From NCBI GenBank assembly GCA_043228905.1, contig JBHGNT010000007.1, positions 1,364,001 to 1,428,000 on the forward strand: a stretch of 64,000 nucleotides of DNA, in the 5' to 3' direction. The notes beneath the pieces were generated by a model. It was not told where the DNA came from and did no database searches. It was given only the letters and a program-made list of their open reading frames with translations. This stretch comes from Azolla caroliniana (taxonomy: Eukaryota > Plantae > Polypodiophyta). The position numbers and the translations under genes are program-made. Below, piece after piece: positions 48,901 to 61,999 of this stretch (position 1 is its first letter; each line of letters begins with the position of its first letter).

Positions 48901-49559
48901 GGGAAGGATTTATATACACATACTTATTTCTGGATGTAATTTTGCAACATAGATAACTTCATAGACACTCAACCAATTTGGTGCATATATTATAAATTGC
49001 CAACAATGAAGCTTAAAAGTCAGGTCGTAAAAGGTGTAAAGCCTCGAGGTATTGATGAGTTGATTCTTGGGTTAATTGACCTAATAAGTCGAGCCTTGGA
49101 TGGTCGAGGTACATTTACATGTTTGCATAAGTTTCTCCTTAAAATACGGCTTTGTAAACCTAAAACACTTTGAACGGTGTTAACAATGAAATGTTAGACA
49201 TGCCAGCTGCAAAGTGATACTAGATGTAAGTTTAAAATTAGATCATGCATGCATAGGGTCATTTTTGGATGTCCATAAAATATGGCTTTTTCAAGAAGCC
49301 CAACGGTCTCCTTTTCACGTCATTATGTTAGAAAGTCAAGAAATGTGCAAGGCAATAAATGCTAACAAAATGATTAGATTAGTATACAACCTATTACAGG
49401 TGACTAGAGAGAGTCAATGATCTAGCGACAACAGTCGGGATTGGACTTGAATGCACTAGCCTGCAAGTCTCACAAGTCCACCAATACAGACGTTGAAAGA
49501 AATAAACTATTTTTGCACTCGGAAAAATCGCACTCATGCACGACTACATCAAAGACTGT

Positions 49560-49715
49560 ATATTGTTGAGTACTCAATGTTGACACATTATGTATTAATT
49601 CAAGAGTTGGGTATATTGTCGAGTACTCAATTTGGACATATTATGTATTAATTCAAGAGTTGGGGTTTATTGTCGAGTACTCAATTTTGACACATTATGT
49701 ATTAATTCAAGAGTT
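49560..49715. repeat. About 51-bp tandem repeat, 3 copies
   Basis: TATTGTYGAGTACTCAAT...ATTATGTATTAATTCAAGAGTT three times. Confidence 0.85.
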
Positions 49716-50574
49716 AGTGACGAGAAAAATAAAAGGAAGTGCTATTGTTCAAGAAGAAGAAAAAAACAAGTTGGATTGAGATCATGGGTTTGGCTACCGA
49801 TGGATAACGAAAGTCAACAATGTCAATGTCCCACGTGGGCCACTTATTTGAGAGTTAAGTCTCAACTAGTGAGAGTCACTTAGGAGCCAAAAGAAAACTC
49901 CAACTTTTTCACTAAGAACAAAAGTTTCAAGTGACCATGGGTTGGCTAGGGACACCTCCTAGGAAAAAAACAAGTGTCATATTAGGCCTTAATGTGATTG
50001 TCCTTGGCACGTCTTTGGGCCACACGAAGAGCGTTTAAGGCTCGACAAGCAGCTACGAGACCTTACATAGAATGAGCAAGAGAAATTCCGCGATCTTTTG
50101 TGTTAAGTAAGGAAAAGCGCATGGCGAAATAGGGCCGAAACGGGTGGAGAATTAAGGAGCCCTATCGATTAGCTAGTATATTAAGGAGCATTAGGTCGAT
50201 GATGAGCACCCCATGGTCGGGACATTGGGGTGGCTCTAGTGTGGGCCGAAAGGGAAACTACCGAGTGCCGCGGACACACACACACACACACACACACACT
50301 CGCCCATGTGCTTGAGCTTTGATTTTATAAGTGTTCACATTGGGCAATGGGTCCAAAGGTGATGGGAAAAGCACTTAATTCTGCAAATGTAGTAGTAGAA
50401 ATAATAAATGCCCTCCAATTGCATGCATGGACATTGGGTCATCATTCCAATCATCATCCCAATTTTAATCATGATATCACACCATCATCTCTATAATCTA
50501 TTCTTTTCCCTTATTATATATTTGGGTCCATGGTATATGATATGATTCTGGATTAGAGGATTTTAACTCTTTTA

Positions 50575-51030
50575 AGGCATTTCAGAAGTAATCAAACATT
50601 GAGAGGATTTTGCTATTCTAATCAATCAGTCCTAAGTTATCAATCATTAAGAGGATCAATTGAAAGCATTCAGAAGCAATCAAACATTGAGAGGATTTTT
50701 CTATAATTTCATTATCAATAAGAAGTTATCAATGATTAAGAGGATCAATTGAAAGCATTCTGAAGCAATCAAGAATCAAGTGGGTTAGCCTTTAACTATA
50801 AGAATTAAGAAGCAATCAAGCATTGTGAAGGTTAATTTTACGCATGAAGGATTGATTAAGAAGCTAGCAAGCATCGAGAGGATTAATTATAAGCATTAGG
50901 GAGTGATTAAGAAGCAATTAAAACATTGAGAAGGAAAATTATAAGCATTAAGTAGTGATTAAGAAGTAATAAACATTGAGAGGGCTAACTATAAACATTA
51001 AGGAGTGATTAAGAAGTAATTAAGCATCGG
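50575..51030. repeat. Degenerate tandem repeats (GAAG(C/T)AATCAA(A/G)CATTGAGAGGATT-type) upstream of the TBL gene
   Basis: Recurring AAGAAGCAATCAAGCATT / ATAAGCATTA.GGAGTGATT blocks with roughly 50-bp periodicity. Confidence 0.7.
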
Positions 51031-51125
51031 GTTTTTTTATTTTTTATCATCAATGATCGGATCACAATTATTAACTTGAAGAACTTTAATCTCTCAGTAC
51101 CTAAACAAAATCAGATATATCGAGA

Positions 51126-54100
51126 ATGGAGTTAGTGAAGAGTGTGTGTAGGTTTTATGCGATGAGGTTGCTGCCAATTGTATCATTCAAGCCAATCCTC
51201 TACTTGGCTTTCACTATATTCAGCCTGGGCTGCTTCTTCTTCAATTTTAGCAGCCTGAATCAACTGCTAATGATCGCTGATGATCTTCCTCCTCCTCATG
51301 ATCTCATTGCTTACAATCAACCACAAGCTCCTGAATCATCCTCAGTGAACCATCCTAATCCTTATCACCACCACCACCAAAACCTCAACTCTGATAAGAA
51401 TGGCGATCATCAGTATTCAGCTGCCCCTAAAAGCAATGGTGAAGATGCGTCTAAATTGCAACAGCAACAGCAACGACAGCCACAAGAACAAGAAATGGCT
51501 CCTGTAAAGGGTGTCAAACCATATAATTTTGAGAGATATTCAGCTGAAGTAATGAATAAGATTAAATACATTAGAGATCAATCCGATGATGATGATGATA
51601 ATAATGATGATGATGATGATGATGATGATGACGATGATGATGACAAGGATAATGATCGTGGTCATGGCGCTGATCATCATCATAATCATGACCAAGTGGA
51701 GAGTTTAAATAATGAGAATGATGACAACGATAATGATGATAATGACAACGATCGTGATCATGGCGCTAATCGTGATCATAATCATGACCAACTGAAGAGT
51801 AATGATGATAATGATAAAGATAATGATGATCATGATCATGGCGCTGATCGTGATCTTAATCATGACCAAGTGAAGAGTAATGATGAGGATGATGAGGATA
51901 ATGGTGATGACGATGATGCAGCTGATGCTGCTGCTGCTGGAGTGGTGATTACTTCACATAATGACGATGATTCAAGATTAATTGTGAAAGATCAGAATAT
52001 CAGTTCTGTTATGGTTACAAGTACAGCTAGCTTTAGCAATGGCAGTGCAGTCGTGAATTATAATCATAATACCACTACTCAGGATGAGGATCATGATGAC
52101 GATGATGATAATGGCGGTGATGATCATCAGGATCAAATCATCACATCGATGTTGCCCAATAATACCACTGCTAATCATCATGCATTACACAGTGATCATC
52201 ATACAGATGACAATCAGAGTGATGATCATAGTGATCATCACACAGATGACAACCAGAATGATGATCATAGTGATCATCACACAGATGACAACCAGAATGA
52301 TGATCATAGTGATCATCACACAGATGACAACCAGAATGATGATCATAGCCATTATAATGATGAGCATACCAATTATAATGAGGATGATGATAAGATTATC
52401 CTAATGACTGAATCGCTGCATACCGATGGTCATGTGCCACCGCCCAAGCAGGAGGAGGAGGATTCACATCAGACAACAAAGAATTTGTGCTCATCGACTA
52501 ACAATCCAAGTAAAAGAAAAAAAAAAGACCTGCTCAGCTCTAATTTCATAATCTCTATAATAGTTTTAATCATAATATTCAGTCTAGACCATTTAATTCA
52601 TTTGATTTAAACTATGACCATGATAATTTGATTCATTTGATTTAAACTATGACCATGAGAATTTGATTCATTTGCTGCATTTGATTCAAACTCTGTTTTG
52701 CATGGAATCATAATATCATCACTTCCAACATATTCATGCATGTTGAAATCGGAAAAAATCCCAAATTTATAGCGGTCAGTGATACCCAAGAATCAGATGG
52801 ACAAATTAGTTAGTTTTCCACTTCGGGAACCTTCAGGTTATATATAGTGTGGGGATTGAATAAGTCTGAGCAATCAACATCAGTATGTATATAGTCGCGT
52901 GTATTGATTAGGAATAGATATATTTTTGAGTTTCTGAGTAATTGAATGAAAAGTCCGTTTCCTTTCCTAACAGAAAATTGATTCCATTCAAACTTGCTGA
53001 TTGAAGTAATAAAATAGATTCTGATCTTTATTGATCCGAAATTCAGGTTTTTACATGGGTTTTTTTTTTACTGGTCGAATCATACCACCAGATTAAAAAA
53101 AAAACAAAACCTGAAAGCTTTCAATTCTTAATTCCTTAGCTACAGTGCCTGTAAATTTCTTGTCAGGATCCAGAAACAATGCCTTTTCTATGCCGGATTA
53201 AACACGCCTTTTTGGGACCTACCGGGGGGAAAAAATTCCCATTCCTACAATAGTGGTAGTAGTGATATAAATCTATTGCTTGTCATTCAAATTGTCGTTT
53301 TCATTCCAATGGATTATTATCGATTATGCGATAAAACCTTATAGGCAGGAATCAGAATGATATTATTTGACCATCACGGGGATTAAATTGGCTGCTAATA
53401 TACTTGATTCCATAAAAGAATTGGATTGGATGGAATAATTAAATTTGCATCCATGGCGGATGATAATTACGCAGTGAGCTCGACGTGCGATTTGACGAAA
53501 GGGACGTGGGTTCGAGACGAGACGCCGCCGCCTTACACGACGGATACCTGCAGCTTCATCCATGGCAATCAGGACTGTGTCAAGAATGGGCGGCCCGACA
53601 CAGAGTACCTCTACTGGCGATGGCAGCCCAGCGATTGCAGCCTGCCCAGGTTCGACGCCACAGTCTTCCTGGAGCACATGAGGAACAAGAAGATGCTGTT
53701 CGTCGGGGACTCGCTCGCCCGCAACCACATGGAATCGCTCTTCTGCAGTCTTACGCAGGTATTATTCACCATCTCTTGTCGTGATTCATCGTGCGCGGTG
53801 ATCTGAATTACCAATGTTACACGTCCAATCTGATTCATCAGGCGATGATCTGGACCACAATTACATGTCCAATACGATTCATCCTGCCATGATCTGAATT
53901 ACCATGTTTCATGTCCAATCTGATTCATCATGCGATGATCTGGATTACCATTCCATGTCCAATATGTTTAATCATGAGATGATCTGGATTACAATTACAT
54001 GTCCACCATATGATTCATCCTGCGATGATCTGAATTACCATGTTACAACATGTCCCATATGATTCATCATGCGATGATCTGGACTACAATTATATGGTCC

Positions 54101-55896
54101 AATATGATTCATCCGGCCATGATCTGAATTACCATTACATGGTCCAAGATGCATGTCCAATAAGATTAATCATGCTATGATCTGGATTACAATTACATGT
54201 CCAAGATGATTAATCATGCGATGATCTGAATTACAATTACATGCCCAATATGATTAATCCTGCCATTATCTGGACTACAATTACGTGTCCAATATGATTA
54301 ATCATGCGATGATCTGAATTACCATTACATGTCCCATATGATTAATCATGTGATGACCTGCTGCAGCATTGCACTGATTACGATTACACATATGTATCGA
54401 ACAAATGCTTGATATTACAAACAAATGTGTATTAGTGGATTAATGTTATATGACTGAGTATACGCGGCCGATTAAGCAATGTTATGATAACCCCATTGGG
54501 AAAGTTAGCAAGATCAAATGTGTAATTAGTGAATTGATGAACTTGTTAACAAGATCAAACGTGTATTAGTGAATTCGTGAACTTGTTAACAAGATCAAAT
54601 GTGTAATTTAGTGAATTCATGAACCTGTTAACAAGATCAAATGTGTAATTTAGTGAATTCATGGACTTGTTAACAGGATCAAATGTGTATTAGTGAATTC
54701 ATGGACTTGTTAACAGGATCAAATGTGTAATTTAGTGAGTTGATGGACTTGTTAACAAGATCAAATGTGTAATTTAGTGAATTCATGGACTTGTTAACAA
54801 GATCAAATGTGTAATTTAGTGAATTCATGGACTTGTTAACAAGATCAAATGTGTAATTTAGTGAATTCATGGACTTGTTAACAAGATCAAATGTGTAATT
54901 TAGTGAATTCATGGACTTGTTAACAAGATCAAATGTGTAATTTAGTGAATTCATGGACTTGTTAACAAGATCAAAATGTGTATTAGTGAATTCATGGACT
55001 TGTTAACAAGATCAAATGTGTATTAGTGAATTGATGAACTTTAACAAGATCAAATGTGTATTGTTACCATCTCACATTGTTCTAGCTTGGATATGTTATT
55101 GGGTTTTTTGATGCATTTATGTGGAACGGTGTAGGTCGATCATGTCGACGTGGGCGCATGGTGGGAGCATATGGAATTGGTGAACTTCACATTCCCTTCG
55201 TACAACTTCACGTTAGGAGGTGTATGGGCGCCTTTCCTCGTGAAACACGAGCCCGAGGAGCCCGGTTCGGCCAACATGAAGCTTCACATCGACCAACTAC
55301 ACGAGTTATGGGTGTCCACAATGAACAACTATGATGTGGTCATATTCTCGGGGGCATATTGGTTGTATCGGCCAAGCATTTACTACATGAATAACCAGAA
55401 TGTCTCCTTGGTAGATCCCGACGATCCCGGATATCCACAAACACTTACCGCAATGAAGCTCGTGTGGAAGAATGTGTTCAACCACGTTCTCTCGAGTTAC
55501 AACGGAACGGTTGTGTTTAGGACTTTGAGCATATCCCATTTTGAGGTGAGCTCTTGGGACCATGGGGGCAGTTGCAACAAGACACAACCCAACCTTATGT
55601 ATGTAGATAGGAACAACATGGTCCTAGAGTGGCAACACAATGAAGTCTATCGGATCCAAAGAGACGCGTTCGCGAAAGCCGTAGCCGAGAATGAAAAGAG
55701 GGGGCTTGGGCGTCTTAGGTTCCGGCTATTGGACGTGACTTCTAACACACTTTTGAGACCCGATGCACATCCCGGGATTTATAGGGTCCAAAAGAGCTCG
55801 GAGATGAGGTACGATTGCTTGCATTGGTGCCTTCCGGGACCAATGGATACATGGAATCAACTCCTCCTAGCTGACCCCCAAATCATGTGTTCATGA
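51126..55896 (+). CDS. TBL: Trichome birefringence-like (TBL/PC-esterase) polysaccharide O-acetyltransferase, 3 exons (51126-52509, 53475-53758, 55135-55896)
   Basis: N-terminal TM anchor (ILYLAFTIFSLGCFFFNF), PMR5N domain (CDLTKGTWV...C..NGRPD..YLYWRWQPSDC), GDS motif (FVGDSLARNHMESL) and DxxH motif (DCLHWCLPG). Intron 1 is phase 1 and intron 2 is phase 0, both GT-AG. The join of exon 1 to exon 2 is inferred. Confidence 0.88.
53780..54360. repeat. About 44-bp minisatellite (about 13 degenerate copies) in TBL intron 2
   Basis: Unit approximately GATCTG(A/G)ATTAC(C/A)ATTACATGTCCAATATGATT(A/C)ATCATGCGAT. Confidence 0.9.
54507..55062. repeat. 42-bp minisatellite (about 13 copies) in TBL intron 2
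   Basis: Unit AAGATCAAATGTGTAATTTAGTGAATTCATGGACTTGTTAAC, with several central copies identical. Confidence 0.95.
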
Positions 55897-57249
55897 TGTG
55901 CATCAATTGACATGGACTAGGTGGTACTTCATGCATTATCATCATTATCATCAAAAAAGTTTGAAGTGTTTATTGGAGATCTTTTAAATTTTGTAAAAAA
56001 AGAACACACATTAAATTTAAATTAGCATTCAGTTAATCCAACTAAATAGGCCTCCATTTAATCCAACTAAATTGTCCTCTAATTGGTATGAATAACACAA
56101 GTTGGTAGTCGGTAGAACATAGTTTACAAAATAATTAAGGTTTGATTTCATGCACGAACATATCAAACTAGGAATGATCGATATGGTAAGAGTAACCTAA
56201 TATATCGAACTAGGAATGATCGATATGTAAGAGTAACCAAATATATCATCACCATGCATGATTAAAACACATTTTGATCCCCATTAAGCACATGCACCTA
56301 CTACACATTTGATCTCAATCTTGAACACCCCCGCACATCCATACTAAGAAAACACATCCATTTGTTCCCCAAATGCAGAGTACATTTCTCTCATTAACAT
56401 GGTATATGGTATGTAACCTTTGGACATCTAATTCAAACATAATATTGGGCGCATACCCCTCTAAATAATAATGGGCACAATCTGAAAACTCGATCAAGAC
56501 TTCATTTCAAATGATTCTCATTAGTACATCAAAATCATCCAAAGAATCTATATCTAGGGAACATATAGCACCCACAATCACTGATTCTTCTCTAAAGGAG
56601 GGAAACCTCACTTAGAAATATAACTCTATCCCATCAATTTAGCACCCACAATATTGGTATTGTGGCCCTAGGATATTGGAATTGTGTGTCATTCTCATGG
56701 GTGATAAAGAGGTGTCATGTGTAATTTTCGGCGTGTATTATTGGATCAATATACTCTTTACTTTTGTACTTGTTCCGTGTCTAAGATGTATGCATGTTTT
56801 CAAACTATTGTTTCTCTAATGGCCGTTTCTCGTCATCATCTTTACAATAAGCTTGTTACCCGATAACAAGCTTGGGGGTAGATATCAATCATCTAGGCTT
56901 CATAGGAATATAAACACGCCTAACTTAACTTGAGACACAATTTGTGATAAATTATTTCACTCATCCATCCTCTCATTCTCCTTGGACTACTATGCCCATC
57001 CTCGTTTTGAAAAAAGAGAGGGAACGTAGATATGTGCTTACGTTGAATTGATATGTGCTTACGTCGAATTATTATGCATTAAATGCATGTTGAGTTGATA
57101 AGTTGTTTGATCAACTAGGATTAGGTTCTCATTACTTTTCCAGACAATTAGCTCATTATACTTGACGGGAATATTCATTGAATGGCATTTTGTGTGGAAA
57201 GTGATAAATATAATAAGCAAAAATTAATAAATAAATAAATAATATTTAG

Positions 57250-60200
57250 TGTTAGTTATTAGATTAGTTATCAGTTAGGAAAACGGTTTCCAAGGAAACC
57301 GCACCCGTGGTGGTCTTATAAAGCCACCACCAACAATTGTAAACATTAGGGCGTTTTTAATTATAATATAACTTCTCTTTGTCCCTCAATCGCTCTCTCT
57401 TTCTATCTTTCTCTCTTTTCTTTTTCTACATGGTAACATAGCCAACCGCCTATAACCTAATAACCTAATAGCCTATGCCTTTCTAAAATCACAAAACACA
57501 TGACATTATCATAATTTAACCTTTATGCCCATACAAAGGGAATCATATTCGTAGTGTCCAAAATTGTCAAATAACGAAAGACAATTTTGTGTTTTCCGTG
57601 CGCTAATCCGGACAACCCTCTACAATAATGGCACAATCTATGTCGTCGTTGCAACACAACATGCGGAAATTTACAATTGTGAAATTATCGAACCAAAATT
57701 ATCGAATATGCAAGGCAAGATTAGAATTACTCTTTTAATATAATCAATTATAGGATATAATTTTCAGGATTTTCAACAAAACCTAAAAATGGAGAAGAAC
57801 TTGAAGAAGATGAGGAAAAAGACCTATGCGCAATAATGAAAATTCTAATGCACGTAAGTGATGGCACTGGAGAAACATTGCGAAAAATGGAGACGGCCCA
57901 AGAAATGTGGAAGCATTTGCAAACTCGCAACGAACCAAAAAATGATGCCCAAGAAGCGCATACACTTCAAGCGCTTGTTAATTACAAAATGAATGACGAA
58001 CAACCGGTTAGTGAATTTCTATCAATATGGCAAAAGAAATTAGATTATGTTTTCACTTCGGGCTTGGAAATCCATAATAAATTACAAAAGATTCTCCTTC
58101 TTGGTGCTCTTCCTCTGCACTTTCAGAGCCACCCAAAACTCTATAAATTGTCAAACTTTAATTGATCTTCTTGCAAATATTAGACAAGAAGAAACAATAT
58201 GTTCACAAAGGTTTTCGAACTCAACTCCAAGCGTGGCAATGGTAGCATACAAAAACAAAAGATTCACCCAAAGAAGAGAAAGCTCAAAGCCATGGATAAA
58301 GAAAGTTCAAAACACTAAACAAGGAGGAATGTGGTTCAACAATACCTATTGTAAAATATGCAAATGTACTAATCATGCAACAAAAGATTGTCACACAATC
58401 AAATTTCAAAAATTATCAACCTTGGAGGCGTGTACAAGCCCACCTTGTTGAAGAAGAGATGGATGGTGATAAAATCGTAGGAGATTGATATCAAAATGGT
58501 GACAAGTATAATGATGTTCTTCAAGCATTCATTGTCAAATCACTTTCCTTCATGACTCCAAATCCAAGTAATGTAAATGACATATGGTATCTTGACACTG
58601 GTGCTACCAACCACTTAACTAATAGAAAAGATTGGTTATCTAATTATATTGAAGTTCAACCCCCAATCATAGTAAGATTTGGTAACAATGGGACTAACAA
58701 GCTATCGACAAGGGTGATATTATTTTTGAAGTCACACGAGGAAGACATTTCACAATCAATGGAGTTCTCTATGTCCTAGGCATCACCAAACACTTGTTAT
58801 CCGTTAGTCAAGCAACCACAAATGGTACTATCATCAAGTTTCACTCTAACCATGCAATTATTAAACATAAAGCTACAAATGGAGACCTTATTAGAACATG
58901 GTGTAAACGAGAAGGAGGCTTATATCCCATAAAAAAGCATTCCTACATCTCTCATTTTAGAAGCACATCATGCTACCCCAATACAATCCTCCATATCTTT
59001 AACCAATCTTCATTCTCCTTCTTCTCTTTGGCACTTTCGTCTAGGCCATATGCATTTCAATGCTCTAAAAACATTACAATGTAATAATCTAATCCATGGT
59101 TTGCCAAAAGAACCTTTCAAGCCCATTTCTTTGTGTAAAAGTTGTATCCTTGGAAAAATGCCCCAATAACCTTTCCCAAAGCATAGATCTAGAGCCTCTA
59201 CACCTCTTGCATTAGTACATAGTGATCTATGTGGACCCTTTCCAACCCTTTGTCGCAGTGGAGCCAAATACTTCATTAGCTTTATAGATGACTTTAGTCG
59301 ATTTACAATCTTGCATTTTCTCAAGTACAAAAGACTTCAAGCTTATCAAGCATTTAAAGAATTATACAAGGCTCGAGTCGAAGTGCAAACATCAACAAAA
59401 ATTAAAAGTCTTCAAACCGATGCTGGTGGTGAGTATATGCTCATGAATTTCAAACGCTTTATCAAAATGAAGGCATACATCATAGAATATCAACACCACA
59501 CACACCACAACAAAATGGTGTATCTAAAAGGAAGAATTGAACACTTCTCAATATGGCTTGGAGTATGTTACAATTTGCTCAATTATCGCCTCAATTTTGG
59601 GAGAAAGCTGTTGGCACCGGTTGCCACATTCAAAACAAGGATTTCATTGATCTTTGGGGCTCCAAACCCCTTATGAATTATGGCATGGTCACAAACCTAA
59701 CCTAAGTAACCTTCGTATTTTTTGTTGTGATGCTTATTCTTTTGTGCCAACTGTTCAAAGAGACAAGCTAGATCCAAGAGCTACAAAATCGATTTTAATC
59801 GAATATGGAGAAGCATCGAGATACAAGGTGTAGAAGTTGTACGATCCACAAAAGTGAAGAATATTCTTTAGTCATAATGTGATATTTCAAGAAAATGGGC
59901 TTGCAACTAAGGTTTTTTCTTCCCCTCTCTCTAGTCTACCTCCTTTATTACCTACCCCTTCCCACTTACAACCATCTTCCTAAACCATCTCTAAAATTAA
60001 TAACTCTCATATTGAAGGAGCCAACATTGGCTTATCCTTTACTTCAACTATTTGTGTTGCTCTTCCATCTAATCACAAGGCAAAGGTCAATCCTCCTCAA
60101 CCAACTAGGCTAAGCTCTTCCTCACTCCAATCTCTAGATGATTCTCTTACTCATACTCCTTTAAATACACATTGTTTAACTCCCTCGAACAATACAAATA

Positions 60201-61664
60201 ATGTTATCTTCTCCACCCCCTCTCCTAATTCTTCATCCCAAGCTTCATCACCAACTTCTCCACCTCCAAAGTATAGATCTCTAAATAGTATTTATGAACA
60301 ACTTGATCAAATGGAAGCACATTTTGTGGACTTGGACCTTGAAGCTTATATAGAAGAAGAAGATATTCCAATCCTTAGTGATGACACAAATCTATTGGCC
60401 AAAGATGCACTTTCTGAATCGGATTCAATCAAATGGAGAAAGGCTATGGAGGAAGCGATTAAGGCTTTAATTAAAAATGGTACGTGGACCCTCGTTGAGC
60501 CTCCAAAAGATTGTCAAAAAATTGGTTCTAAATGGGTCTTATGCATCAAGCGAGATAGTAATGGCAATCCAATTCGCTTTAAGGCTCGTGTAGTTGCTCG
60601 AGGTTTTTCTCAAGTACCAGGTATTGATTTTCAAGATACATTTAGTCCAACGCTAAAAATATGTGGTTTTCGAATGCTCGTTGCTCTTGCCGCTCAACAT
60701 GATCTAGAGTTACATCACTCGGATGTACAAACGGCTTTTCTTCATGGAGATTTAGATGAAGAACTTTATTTACAACAACCACAATTTTTTGAAGATCCAA
60801 GTCATCCGACACATGTTTGTCGACTTCGTAAATCTATTTACGGCCTTAAGCAATCTCCACATATATGGTATTATAAACTGCAGCACTCTTTTCTGATAAA
60901 AGTTGGATATCATCGTCTAAACAATGAGCCAAATTAGAAAAGTCAAATCCAATTTTGTTATCATAGGTGTCTATGTTGATGATTTGCCTTTAATCTCTAA
61001 TTCTAAGTCTTATCTAACTATTGCAAAATATGTATTTCCTATCACCAAGTTAGGCCTTATGACACATTTTCTAGGCATCAAAATAGAACAAATCATACTA
61101 ACTTATTATCACAATCAAATTATATTAATTCTATCCTCCAAAGATTTGATATGCTCCATAGTAAGCCTATTAGCACTCCTCTTACCTCTCCATGTAAACT
61201 TTCAAATGATGATTCTCCCAAAAATGAACGAGAAATTTCCGAAATGATGTACCCTATAAACAAATCCTTGGGTGTATAAGATATCTAGTAAGTTACACAT
61301 GTCCCGATATTTGCTTTACCATCAATTTTCTTTCTCGTTTCATCGCTAATCCAAGACCAAAGCATTGGATCGCGCTCAAAAGATTACTACAATATTTGAT
61401 GCATACTCAACATTATGCGTTGACTTACTCGGCCACACAATCTGAGTCAACCACACTTGTGCAAGGATGGACAAACCCCTCCAGTCAACTAATTGGTTGG
61501 TCGGACTCCGAGTGGGGTGTTAGTTATTAGTTATTAGATTAGTTATCAGTTAGGAAGATGGGTTCCTTCATGAGAAGGAAATTGCATTGGCGGTGGTCTT
61601 ATAAAGCCACCACCAACAATTGTAAACATTAGGGCGTTTTTAATTATAATATAACTTCTCTTTG

Positions 61665-61717
<53 letters not shown>

Positions 61718-61747
61718 TTCTTTCTTTCTCTCTTTTCTTTTCCTACA
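57250..61747 (+). mobile_element. Degenerate Ty1/copia LTR retrotransposon with RNase H truncated
   Basis: LTRs at 57250-57430 and 61518-61747 (TGTTAG...CTACA; the 3' copy has a (CT)n expansion). Decayed PBS TGGTAACATAGCCA. Fragments: gag knuckle CKICKCTNHATKDC, WYLDTGAT, HSDLCGP, LQTDAGGEY, FKARVVARGF, DVQTAFLHGDL, VYVDDL. Flanks TTTAG/TTTTG fit a TSD with one mismatch. Confidence 0.9.
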
Positions 61748-61999
61748 TTTTGGACATGTTTAATTTACCATTATAAGTTATCTATGAAATATATTAAAGC
61801 ACTCATGTCATTTCACAAACCATGAATCATTACGTCAATATTGATAGAAGTTTGTTCTCATCTTCTGGTGTTGGTGATAATCTCATTGCTAATCCATACG
61901 ATGGTCACACACTTCCAAATGCCACTAGACACACTTTCAAAAGCCCCATCCCGAGTTAACATAAGGGCAAGTAGGAATCAATAATGGTACAACTTGAGT

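Noticed and set aside
49390-50270. GC-richer stretch resembling a solo LTR (also 2240-2700)
   Set aside because: No paired copy, PBS/PPT or convincing TG...CA termini with a TSD were found.
52510-52610. Hydrophobic C-terminal tail of the 494-aa ORF as a second membrane anchor
   Set aside because: It lies past a phase-compatible GT donor, and AT-rich intron sequence often translates as I/L/F. Not supportable without transcript data.
53780-55062. Regularly spaced repeats as a possible CRISPR array
   Set aside because: The units are head-to-tail with no unique spacers, lie in a spliceosomal intron, and have no cas genes nearby.
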